DNA from: Chiloscyllium plagiosum
Lineage: Eukaryota
Direction: 5' to 3'
Assembly: GCF_004010195.1 (NCBI RefSeq)
Contig: NC_057750.1
Coordinates: 13,730,033 to 13,794,032 of the forward strand
DNA: 64,000 bases
This document shows positions 1-10,849 of this stretch, piece after piece; position 1 is the stretch's first letter, and the number at the start of each line of letters is the position of its first letter. The translations under genes and the position numbers were made by a program. A model generated the notes under the pieces. That model had not been told where the DNA came from, did no database searches, and worked only from the letters and a program-made list of their open reading frames with translations.

Positions 1-250
1 GCTAAGATAAAAGGTAGGGAGGAGGGACTTGGAGGGGGGGCGTTGGAAATGCGATAGGTGGAAGGAGGTCAAGGTGAGGGTGACAGGCCGGACTGGGGTG
101 GGGGCGGAGAGGTCGGGAAGAAGATTGCAGGTTAGGAAGGCGGTGCTGAGTTCGAGGGATTTGACTGAGAGAAGGTGTGGGGAGGGGAAATGAGGAAACT
201 GGAGAAATGCTGCCTGACCTGCTGCGCTTTTCCAGCAACACATTTTCAGC
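1..250 (-). mobile_element. Penelope-like element 3' region with inverted terminal piece
   Basis: 1-127 closely matches 1647-1767 of the GIY-YIG-bearing copy. 206-250 is the element terminus in the opposite orientation. Confidence 0.75.
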
Positions 251-795
251 AATTTAGCATGGCCAATCCACCTTAACCTGCACATCCCTGGACATCATGG
301 GGCAATTTAGCATGGCCAATCCACCTTAACCTGCACATCCCTAGACAGTATGGGGCAATTTAGCATGGCCAATCCACCTTAACTTGCACATCCCTGGACA
401 CCATGGGGCAATTTAGCATGGCCAATCCACCTTAATCTGCACATCCCTGGACACCATGGGGCAATTTAGCATGGCCAATCCACCTTAACCTGCACATCCC
501 TGGACACCATGGGGCAATTTAGCATGGCCAATCCACCTTAACCTGCACATCCCTAGACACTATGGGGTAATTTAGCATGACCAATCCACCTTAACCTGCA
601 CATCCCTAGACACTATTCGGTAATTTAGCATGGCCAATCCACCTTAACCTGCACATCCCTGGACACCATGGGGCAATTTAGCATGGCCAATCCACCTTAA
701 CCTGCACATCTTTGGATTGTGGGAGGAAACCAGAACACCCAGAGGAAACCCACGCAGACATTGGGAAGGGGGGGGCGTGTGCAAACTCCCCACAG
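249..795 (-). repeat. HE1 SINE with about 9 tandem copies of a 53-bp internal unit
   Basis: Unit gcaatttagcatggccaatccaccttaacctgcacatccctggacaccatggg recurs at about 250, 303 and 356 onward. It runs into the HE1 body (gggaggaaacc...gtgcaaactcc). Confidence 0.9.
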
Positions 796-1373
796 AAAAG
801 CATCTTGCTGCTTTCATCTCTGAGTATGAAGATTGGGAATCGATGTCCCCACCACTTCCCACCCCCGACACGAAAGGCAGGGAGCTTTAACAGTTGCCAA
901 AGAAGCACAAGATTTAGCAATTGGCTTCTCTTTATTTTGCAAAGAAAATTTTCCTGGCATTTGTTCAGTCTTTTAACTGGTCCCCTTTGATCCTGGGACA
1001 TGGAATGATTGCTGAGTTTGCCTCATGCAGTTAAATATTTTAATCTTGTGGGTCCTGAATGAACAACTCAATACTAAACAGACACTCCAACTTGGCGCTA
1101 ATCCTTTTGTCAAAGGGCATGATTGCATTCAGGGTCTGATCCGCAAACGTGGGTCACGGTCACCTTGGGAATTGTGAGGGATGTACTTGACCAACCTGGT
1201 TTGAATTCGTTGGAGAAATAACAAAGAGTTGACTGGAGGATTGCAATGGACGTAGTCAGTTTGGGATTTCAAAAGATGTTCAGTAAAGACTGAGCCAAGA
1301 CTTGAGATGGAGGCACAATTCAATTAAGTTCAGTTCATGAATCTGGAATTGAAAACTGCATTCAATAATAGTG

Positions 1374-2483
1374 CTGAAAATGTGTTGCTGGAAAAGCGCA
1401 GCAGGTCGATTCGCCTGTTCCTTGGATGCTGCCTGACCTGCTGCGTTTTTCCAGCAACACATTTTGCCCCATGGTGTCCAAAGATGTGCAAGTTAAGGTG
1501 GATTGGCCATGTTAAATTGCCCCATGGTATCTAGGGATGTGCAAGTTAAGGTGGATTGGCCATGCTAAATTGCTGAAAATGTGTTGCTGGAAAAGCGCAG
1601 CAGGGCATAAGCCCTTCTTCAGGAATGAGGAAAGTGTGCCCAGCAGGCTAAGATAAAAGGTAGGGAGGAGGGACTTGGGGGATGGGCATTGGAAATGCAA
1701 TAGGTGGAAGGAAGTCAAGGTGAGGGTGATAGGCCGGAGTGGAGTGGGGGCGGAGAGGTCAGGAAGANNNNNNNNNNNNNNNNNNNNNNNNNNNNNNNNN
1801 NNNNNNNNNNNNNNNNNNNNNNNNNNNNNNNNNNNNNNNNNNNNNNNNNNNNNNNNNNNNNNNNNNNNNNNNNNNNAACGTTCCGCAAGTAGGTGGCCTG
1901 TCTCCCCAATATAGAGGTGACCACACCGGTTGCAGCGGATGCAATAGATGATGTGTGTGGAGGTGCAGGTGAATTTGTGGCGGATATGGAAGTGTCCCTT
2001 GGGGCCTTGGAGGGAAGTAAGGGGGGAGGTGTGGGCGCAAGTTTTGCATTTCTTGCGGTTGCAGGGGAAGGTGCCGGGAGTGGAGGTTGGGTTGGTGGGG
2101 GGTGTGGACCTGACGAGGGAGTCACGGAGGGAGTGGTCTTTTCGGAACGCTGATAGGGGAGGGGAGGGAAATATATCCCTGGTGGTGGGGTCCGTTTGGA
2201 GGTGGCGGAAATGACGGCGGATGATCCGCTGTACATGGAGGTTGGTGGGGTGGTAGGTGAGGACCAGTGGGGTTCTGTCCTGGTGGCGATTGGAGGGGCG
2301 GGGCTCAAAAGCGGAGGAGCAGGAAGTGGAAGAGATACGGTGGAGGGCATCGTCGACCACGTCTGGGGGGAAATTGCGGTCCTTGAAGAAGGAGGCCATC
2401 TGCGTTGTACGGATTTGGAACTTGTCCTCCTGGGAGCAGATATCTCCGATTTCTCCAGTTTCCTCATTTCAATAATACCCCAC
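1374..2483 (-). mobile_element. Penelope-like retroelement, 5'-truncated (RT C-terminus and GIY-YIG endonuclease)
   Basis: ORF 1512-2399 has LVLTYHP, CNRKKCKTC and FTCTSTHIIYCIRCNRCGHLYIGETG, typical of a PLE GIY-YIG domain. A 15-bp TSD cattcaataatagtg lies at 1359-1373 and 2484-2498. Confidence 0.9.
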
Positions 2484-3116
2484 CATTCAATAATAGTGGC
2501 CAAGCAATCTTTGTCAATTGTCATAAAAGCCCTAAAGCCCTTGGGGGAAGGAAATCAGCCATCCTTGCCCTGGTTTGGCTGACACGTGACTAACAGAAAT
2601 GTGGTTGACTCATAATTGCCCTCTGAAATGGACATTTTACAATCAGAGCGAATTTTACTTGAACTGACACCTACAACCCAGCATTCTCGATAAATTGGCA
2701 AAAGTTGCCAAGTTTACTGTATTATTCTGTCCAATGATTATAGTTTTTGAACTTATTTACCTCAATACAAATGCAATTGTTCAATCGAGTGTTAAAATAT
2801 CGGCAGATGATTCAATTTTGAGTCAATTTCTCCTCAAATCTTGCGATGTCTGAGTAGTCAGTTAAGAATGCCAGTGAGAAGGCTTTCAATCGGTAAGATT
2901 TAACTAAGACCAAATTGTGTTATTATTTAAGTGCCATAAATAAAGTATAACAATGATGCGTATACCCCACTGCATTATGTTTCCATTACTGAGTGCGTGT
3001 TTTTACATTGTTTATGTGGTCATCCTGATTATTCAGAATATTTGATCATCCGGCTCATTCCTGGTCCCTCGGATAATAAAATGTTTGTTATGCATTACAT
3101 CCAACAAGGTCCAAAA

Positions 3117-3175
3117 GGAATCCGGGCTTAGTTGGTTATAGCACGTGCCTAGTAAACAGGAGATCCGGGGCTCAA
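3117..3175 (+). pseudogene. Truncated tRNA-Thr(AGT) pseudogene
   Basis: ggcttagttggttatagcacgtgcct-AGT-aaacaggagatcc matches vertebrate tRNA-Thr(AGT). Anticodon at 3151-3153. T-arm and 3' acceptor strand are lost. Confidence 0.75.
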
Positions 3176-3183
3176 AAAAGTCT

Positions 3184-3255
3184 TCCCTGGTAGTCTAGTG
3201 GTTAGGATTTGATGCTCTCACTGCCACATCCTGGGTTCAGTTCCCGGTCAGGGAA
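3184..3255 (+). pseudogene. tRNA-Glu(CTC) pseudogene
   Basis: Full 72 nt tccctggtagtctagtggttaggatt...ttcccggtcagggaa with anticodon CTC at 3217-3219. About 11 changes from the canonical vertebrate gene, mostly CpG-type transitions, breaking the anticodon stem and B-box. Confidence 0.85.
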
Positions 3256-3346
3256 TGGGAAACTTGCTCTGCTCCTTTATCTTGGTGATGGCATTGCTGA
3301 AGCAGAAAATAAGGTGTGGGGCTGGCAATTGATTGATTTTAAAGTG

Positions 3347-3620
3347 GGGCGGCACGGTGGCTGAGTGGTTCGATTCCAGCCTCGGGTGACTGTCTGTGCG
3401 GAGTTTGCACATTCTCCCCGTGTCTGCCTGGGTTTCCTCCCACAGTCGAAAGATATGCAGGTCAGATGGATTGGTCATGCTATATTGCTCATAGTGTTCA
3501 GGGATGTGTAGGTTAGGTGCATTAGTCAGGGTTAAATGCAGAGTAATGGGGAATGAGTCTGGGTGGGTTACTCTTTGGAGGGTTGGTGTGGACTTGTTTC
3601 CGCACTGTGGGGATTCTATG
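3347..3620 (+). mobile_element. HE1 SINE (tRNA-derived V-SINE)
   Basis: gggcggcacggtggct head, gagtttgcacattctccccgtgtctg core and HE1-type tail. Confidence 0.85.
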
Positions 3621-3929
3621 AATCCCTTCCTAATATCACTGTGAGTTTAACTACACCAGAAAGCCTACCTCGGGGGGCAGTTACAGATGGGCATTAAATA
3701 CTGGCCATGTCAGGGATACCCACATCCTGTGAAAAAATCTTAAACGATGCTCTGGACTAACTTTGGAACCTGCAAAAACCGGGGAGATAAGCACTGCTCA
3801 TAGTGTCCAGGGATGTGCAGGCTAGGTGGGTTAGCCATGGGAAATGCAGGGCTATGGAGATAGGGTGCAGGTCTGGATGGAATGCTCTTTAGGAGAGTCA
3901 GTGCAGTTTTGATGGGTGAAATGGATTCT

Positions 3930-4067
3930 ATCTTGCTGTTTGTGGGAGCTTTCTGAAAACAAATTGGCTGTTACCTTTTTGGACATTGCAAGGTTGGCTA
4001 AATTTCAAAGTGTTTTGCGAAAATGTGTGTTAGGATTTGTAAAAGGCACCACTTAAATGCAAGACTT
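3930..4067 (+). mobile_element. DeuSINE/SacSINE1-like 3' fragment
   Basis: ttgctgtttgtgggagct...aaattggctg...aaaggcacc..aaatgcaag resembles the Deu-domain SINE 3' half as recalled. Confidence 0.5.
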
Positions 4068-4070
4068 AGA

Positions 4071-6455
4071 GACATGGAGTATTAGAGATGGTACAGCATG
4101 GAAACAGACGCTTCAGTCCAATTTGTCCATGCTGACGAGATGTCCTAAATTAATCCAGCCGCATTTTCCAGCACTTGGCCCATATCCCTCTAATCCCTTC
4201 CTATTCATATACCCATCCAGATGCCTTTTAAATGCTGTAATTGTACCAGCTTCCACCACTTCCTCTGGCAGCTCATTCCATACACGCGCCACCCTCTGCA
4301 TGAAAAAGTTGCACATTAGGCCCCTTTTATCTCTTAAACCTGTGCCCTCTAGTTTTGGACTCTCTACCCCAGGTAAAAGACCTTGTCTACTTACCCTATC
4401 CATGCCCCTCATGATTTTATAAACCTCTATAAGGTCACCCCTCAGCCTCTGACGCTCCAGGGAAAACAGCCCCAGCCTGTTCAGCCTCTCCCTATAGCTC
4501 AAACTCTCCAAACCTGGCAGCATCCTTGGTAAATTTTTTCTGAGCCTTTCAAGTTTCACAACATCTTTCCAATGGCAAGGAGATGTCTCCCCAGATCAGA
4601 ATTGAACACAGTGTTTCAACAGTGGCCTAACAACGCTCCAGGGAAAACAGCCTCAGCCTGTTCAGCCTCTTCCTATAGCTCAAACTCTCCAAACCTGGCA
4701 GCATCCTTGGTAAATCTTTTCTGAGCCCTTTCAAGTTTCACAACATCTTTCCAATGGCAAGGAGATGTCTCCCCAGATCAGAATTGAACACAGTGTTTCA
4801 ACAGTGGCCTAACAATGTCCTGTACAGCCGTAACATCACCTCCCAACTCCTGTACTCAATGCACTGACCAATAAAGGCAAGCATACCAAACATCTCCTTC
4901 ACCACTCTGTCTACCTGCGATGCCGCTTTCAAGGAACTCTGAGCCTGCACTCCAAGGTCTCATTTTTTGGCAACACTCCCCAGGACCTTACCATTAAGTG
5001 TACAAATCCTGCCCTGATTTGTCTTTCCAAAATGCAGCACCTCACTTTCATCTAAATTAAACGTCATCTGCTACTCCTCGGCCCATTGGCCCATCTGACC
5101 AAGGTCCTGTTGTAATCTGAGGTAATCTTCTTTGCTCTCCAGTACACCAACAATTTTGGTGTCATCTGCAAACTTACTAACTATACCTCCTATGTTCACA
5201 TCCAAATCATTTTTATAAATGACAAAAAGCAGTGGACCCAGCCACCGATCCTTGCTGTACACTGCTGGTCACAGGCCTCCAGTCTAAAAAGCGATTCTCT
5301 ACCACCACCCTCTGTCTTCTACCTTTGAGCCAGTTCTGTATCCAAATGGCGAGTTCTCATTGCATTCCATGAGATCTAACCTTGCTAACCAGTCTCCCAT
5401 GGGGAACCTTGTCGAAAGCCTTACTGAAGTCCATGTAGACCACATCCTCTGCTCTGCCCTCATCAATCCTCATTGTTACTTCTTCCAAAAACTCAATCAA
5501 GTTTGTGAGACATGATTTCCCACGCACAAAGCCATGTTGACTTTCCCTAATCAGTCTTTGCCTTTCCAAATACATGTACATCCTGTCCCTCAGGATTCCC
5601 TCCAACAATCTGTCCACCTCCGATGTCAGGCTCACTGGTCTATCGTTCCCTGGTTTGTCCTTATCGCCCTTCTTAAACAGCGGCACCATGTTAGCCACCC
5701 TCCAGTCTTCCAGCACCTCACCTGTGACTATCGATGATACAAATATCTCAGTAGCAGGCCCAGCAATCACTTCCCTAGCTTCCCACAGAGTTCTAGGGTA
5801 CACCTGATCAGGTCCTGGGGATTTATCCACTTTTATGCATTTTAAGACACCCAGCACTTCCTCCTCTGTAACAAGGACATTTTTCAAGACATCACTATTT
5901 ACTTTCCCGAGTTTTGTAGCTTCCATGTTCTTCTCTACAGTATTTCTCTGATGCAAAATACTCGTTTAGTATCTCCCCCATCTCCTGCAGTTCCCCCTTG
6001 CTGACCTTTGAGGGGTCCTATTCTCTCCCTAGTTATCCTTTTGTCCTTAATGTATTTGTAGAATCCCTTTGGATTCTCTTTAACCTTATTTGCCAAAATT
6101 ATTTCATCTTCCCTTTTTGCCCTTATGATTTCCCTCTTATTGCCTTTATCCTCTTCTGGGGATTCACTCAATCTCAGTTTGCCTATCCCTGACATTCACC
6201 TCCTTCCTTTCCTTGACCAAAACCTCAATGTTTCTAGTCAGCCAGCATTCCCTATCAGCTCTACCCTTCACCCTGACATGTCTCTGGACTCTTGTTGTCT
6301 CGTTTTTGAAAACTTCCCACTTTCCAGCCGTCCCTTTACCTGCGAACATCCACTCCCAGTCAATTTTTGAATGTTCTTGCCTAGTACAGTCAAACATTGA
6401 CCTTACTCCAGTTTAGAACTTTAACTTATTGATCAGGTCTATCCTTCTCCATAGA
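4071..6455 (-). mobile_element. CR1/HER1 LINE, degenerate ORF2 (RT) plus 3' UTR
   Basis: Minus-strand peptides KSPGPD, RPVSLTS, SQHGFVRGKSCLTNL, YMDFSKAFDKV, KFADDTK and RLRGDLIEVYKIM, with frameshifts. Confidence 0.95.
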
Positions 6456-6650
6456 TAAAGTGAGGGCTGCAGATGCTGGAGATCAGAGCTGAAAATGTGT
6501 TGCTGGAAAAGCGCAGCAGGTCAGGCAGCATCCAAGGAACAGGAGAATCGACATTTCGGGCCTGAAGAAGGGCTTATGCCCAAAACGTCGTTTCTCCTGC
6601 TCCTTGGATGCTGCTTGACCAGCTGCGCTTTTCCAGCAACACATTTTCAA
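6456..6650. mobile_element. Foldback Penelope-end insertion
   Basis: Inverted arms gaaaatgtgttgctggaaaagcgcagc / gctgcgcttttccagcaacacattttc. Damaged hammerhead core at 6562. Confidence 0.8.
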
Positions 6651-6947
6651 GCGGAATGTTTGGTGGAAGCTCCCCAGGTTCTCAGACGACGTTCTCACGC
6701 AGTCAGGTTCAAAATGTTGAGAGATTATCTTTCGTCAGGAACGTGTCGTGCTGCTCTCCTTGCGGGCCAAGTTTGGTCTTTTGTTGGTGTGACTGAAGCT
6801 CCAATATAATTGGCTTCATATGACTTACGACCTATCAAAGTGATGAACTAATGTGATTTCAACAGTCTGCTGCGATGCTGGAATTTTAGCTGGAGGCATC
6901 AAGCCTAAATTCCTGAACGAGACTTCAGTTTGTGAGGAAGGGATAAG

Positions 6948-7390
6948 GGAGTCATAGAGTCATTAAGCAGAGACAACACCCTTCAGTCCAAACCGTCCAT
7001 GTTTGAACAGACATCCCACTCTGATCTAGTCCCATTTGCCAGCATTTAGCCCATATCTCTCTAAACCCTTCCTATTCATATACCCATCCAGATGCCTTTT
7101 AAATGCTGCAATTGTACCAGCCTCCACCACTTCCTCTGGCAACTCATTCCATATTCACACCACCCTCTGTGTGAAAAAGTTGCCCCTTTTATATCTTTCC
7201 CCTCTCACACTATATCTTTCCCCTCTCACACTTTCCCCTCTAGTTCTGGAGTCCCCCACCCCAGGGAAAAGCCCTTGTCTATTTACCCTCTCCATGCCCC
7301 TCATGATTTTGTAAACCTCTATAAGGTCACCCCTCAGCCTCTGACACTCCAGGCAAAACAGCCCCAGCCTAGTCAGCCTCTCCCCTACAC
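6948..7390 (-). mobile_element. CR1/HER1 LINE 3' fragment
   Basis: Contains the reverse complement of the WNELPEEVVEAG and RGDL-coding segments and the 3' UTR. Confidence 0.9.
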
Positions 7391-8009
7391 CTGCAAGTGC
7401 ATATCCAGTTACCTTTTCAAGTCATTCACGATCTTAATGGGGATGAAGATGACCTAGTGGTATTCTTGCCAGACTATTAATCCAGAGACCCAGCGGATAT
7501 TCTGGGAACATGAGTCCAAATTCTACCCTGAATTCAAGTTCCATAAGAGTCTAATGATGACGGCCAAGCCATTGCCCATTGTTCAAAGAATCCATCTGTT
7601 TTGCTAATGTCCTTTGGGGAAGGAAATCTGTCGTCCTTGCCCAGTCTGGCCTGAACATGACACCCTCATGTCCTGTGAATTGCCTGTGTCTCAATGATGA
7701 CTCCCAAGTCATCGCAACTTGCTACATAAGTCATTTCTTGCTTTCAACACCCGCTTACAATTCTTGTCCACAATCTGTGCGTCCCTCGTCTAATTGGGAC
7801 AATGTTTATTTATTAATGTTTTCTAAACCTTGTCATAAACTTGTGCACCCCGATCAACTCTCCCCTCACTCTCCTTTGCTCTGTGTCGGAGAAGCCTGGC
7901 TCCTTTAAGTTAACCGTATAGCTGAATTCCCTTTTCCCACTGTGCCTTTAGGAGAGATTTGTTCCACGCTGTTTCTCTTGCTGAGGGGTGATGCCACAGT
8001 GGTGTCGGA

Positions 8010-8420
8010 ATGTCTGCTTCAGAAAAAGTGGGTAAACAGCTTTGACCTCCCTTAGACAAAAGGTGCATGATTGGGTGGAGTCCGGCTCACACACACCCAG
8101 GGTTTTACTTCTGCTTTCAGTTGGGGTTTGGAGTTAGCGGTTGAAGCTGATAGATACAGCTCTCTCTCTGCTGCAGCAAAAAGCTCATGCTCTCTCTCTG
8201 CTGCTCAACTGTTTCTTTCTGTGTTCCTTTCTCCTGGACTGGACATAGCACGTGAGGAAAATCTGTTTTACTAAATTAGCCTTTGTCAAGGATGTGTTAA
8301 TAGGATGTTGTTATATTGGAACAGCTGATGATTCGTAGTTAAATAATATACTATTTTATTAAGTATTTTAATTCTTGTTTGTTTTGCTTGAAGCCGATTC
8401 ACGGACCAGTTGAATCACAT
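8010..8420 (+). mobile_element. Possible Gypsy-type solo LTR remnant
   Basis: Resembles recalled shark LTR sequence (ctgttttactaaattagcctttgtcaaggatgtgtt...atattggaacag). Termini and TSD not established. Confidence 0.35.
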
Positions 8421-8429
8421 TGAATGCCA

Positions 8430-8677
8430 TACAGTGTGGAAACAGGCCATTCAGAGCCTCCCACCCAATCCCTATAACTCTATGTTTCCCGTAGCCAATT
8501 CACCCTGACCTGCACAGCTTTCGACTGTGAGAGGAAACCAGAGCACCCGGAGGAAACCCACACAGACACGGGGAGAATGTGCAAACTCCACACGGACAGT
8601 CACCCGAGGCTGGAATCGAACCCGGGTCCCTGGCGCTGTGAGGCAGCAGTGCTAACCACTGAGCCACTGTGCCGCCC
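8430..8677 (-). mobile_element. HE1 SINE
   Basis: Reverse complement of the HE1 head ends ...ccactgagccactgtgccgccc. Core intact. Confidence 0.9.
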
Positions 8678-9105
8678 TGAATGTTGGGTTGCATCAAGGC
8701 TTGCAAAGTGACCCTAGCTACCCTAATTCCAGGCAGGGCAAAACTATATAGAGTTGTACAGCACCAAAGGAGACCATTGAGTCCATCCTATCTATTCTGG
8801 CTCTTTGAAAGAACTATTCAGTTAGTCCCCACTTCTCTGCACTTGCCATAAAGCCATGTCACGTCTCCTGCTAGACTCTCCTCTCAGTTCCCAATGTCCG
8901 GTCTCCTCATTCCCCAACCCTCTTCACCCTCACCTCCACCCCGGCCTGATTCCTCTCTCCTTTTGTTGGCCTTTTCTCTCTTTCTAAGGCAGCCTTGCCC
9001 TCATTGCTTCGCCGTAACATTTGATGAATTAGGCGCCAAAGAAAGTTGCTAAGTCGTTCAGCGTTACTTTCAAGAGAGTCAAGTCTTAGTGTAGGTCACT
9101 TCCAA

Positions 9106-9182
9106 ATGTTCCTGAAAACCCGGCTGAGCCTGACACCTGGACTAGGGGGTCCCATGGACACTCCGACACCATCGTACAGTCA
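9106..9182 (+). CDS. Candidate first coding exon of an unidentified host gene (MFLKTRLSLTPGLGGPMDTPTPSYS)
   Basis: Non-repetitive island with ATG at 9106 and an upstream in-frame TGA at 9025. Perfect donor GTGAGT at 9183. Ends in phase 2, matching the 24601 exon. Possible acceptors end at 8988 or 9094. Confidence 0.5.
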
Positions 9183-9459
9183 GTGAGTTGGTGCTGGCGA
9201 GTTGTCTGAATGGCAATGAGGTGATGGTACCGTGGGGTTCTAAGCTTGTTGCCTGTCATTGCCAGCTCAGCAAAGTCTCCCTGACCTTTAGCTCAGATAA
9301 AAGCAGTATACAGCACAGAATATCCAGAACTGCAGGACTCCTCCTGTGCTCTGAGATAGGGTGGCTCCACCCGGCCTTGCTGTGTTATGTCTGGCCCCAG
9401 CTGTATGCTCCCAGAATGTGTTTAATGCTGAGGCTGGGTATAAAACAGAAGAGGCAGAA

Positions 9460-10515
9460 CTACATACACACACATGGGCACGCACATACAAACACACACA
9501 CTTGAACACCCACACACATTTGAATACACACACACACACACACTTAAAGATGTACACATTTGAACCCGCACACAAACTTGACAACAACACTCTTGAAGAT
9601 GCACACACTTGAATANNNNNNNNNNNNNNNNNNNNNNNNNNNNNNNNNNNNNNNNNNNNNNNNNNNNNNNNNNNNNNNNNNNNNNNNNNNNNNNNNNNNN
9701 NNNNNNNNNNNNNNNNNNNNNNNNNNNNNNNNNNNNNNNNNNNNNNNNNNNNNNNNNNNNNNNNNNNNNNNNNNNNNNNNNNNNNNNNNNNNNNNNNNNN
9801 NNNNNNNNNNNNNNNNNNNNNNNNNNNNNNNNNNNNNNNNNNNNNNNNNNNNNNNNNNNNNNNNNNNNNNNNNNNNNNNNNNNNNNNNNNNNNNNNNNNN
9901 NNNNNNNNNNNNNNNNNNNNNNNNNNNNNNNNNNNNNNNNNNNNNNNNNNNNNNNNNNNNNNNNNNNNNNNNNNNNNNNNNNNNNNNNNNNNNNNNNNNN
10001 NNNNNNTCTTGAACACGCACACACTTGAACATGCACGCATGTTCTTGAACACACATGCACACACTTGAACATGCACATGTGTTCTTGAACACACACACAC
10101 TTGAACACACACTTGAACATGCACACACACTCTTGAACACACACGCTCACACTTGAACATGCACACGTTCTTGAACACACACGCACACACTTGAACATGC
10201 ACACATATTCTTGAACACACACTCTTGAACATGCACACACACTCTTGAACACGCACACACTTGAACATGCACGCATGTTCTTGAACACACATGCACACAC
10301 TTGAACATGCACATGTGTTCTTGAACACACACACACTTGAACACACACTTGAACATGCACACACACTCTTGAACATACATCTACACACTTGAACATGCAC
10401 ACACACTTGAACACACACATTCTTGAACACATGTGCGCGCACACACACACATGCAATCTTGAACATGCATGTTCAAACATGAACACACACACACACACTT
10501 GAGCATGCACACACA
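9460..10515. repeat. (CA)n-derived compound microsatellite punctuated by ttgaac
   Basis: Repeating acacacacttgaac / atgcac / tcttgaac units spanning the gap 9616-10006. Confidence 0.95.
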
Positions 10516-10849
10516 AACATACTATTCATTTTGGCTATCAAGGACAGTATCTCTCGGCAGCTGGTGGAATTTAAACTCACTTGTTAATTCTGAAATATGA
10601 AGCCAGTGATGGTAATTTTCTTCAACTGTTTTTTTTAAAAAAAACCCATCTGGATCACGAATGTCCTTCAGGGAAGGAAATCTGCCATCTTTACCTAGTC
10701 TGACCTACACATGACTTCAGATCCATAGCAATGGGGTTAACTCAGCTGCCCTCTGAAATGGCCTGAGCAAGTTTGAGGGCAATTAGGGACCAGTGACAAT
10801 TTTGCACGATGAAAGAATAAAGAGAAGTTGTTGTGGAGGAAGACTTTGA

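Noticed and set aside
249..710. CRISPR-like array (also 26395-27095)
   Set aside because: There are no unique spacers. The units are HE1 SINE internal sequence in eukaryotic DNA.
2636..3090. Possible Tigger/pogo-like non-autonomous element
   Set aside because: Only the right end is suggestive. A matching TIR and TA TSD were not found.
9288..10516. Cys/Val-rich ORFs
   Set aside because: They are translations of a (CA)n-derived repeat plus an N gap.
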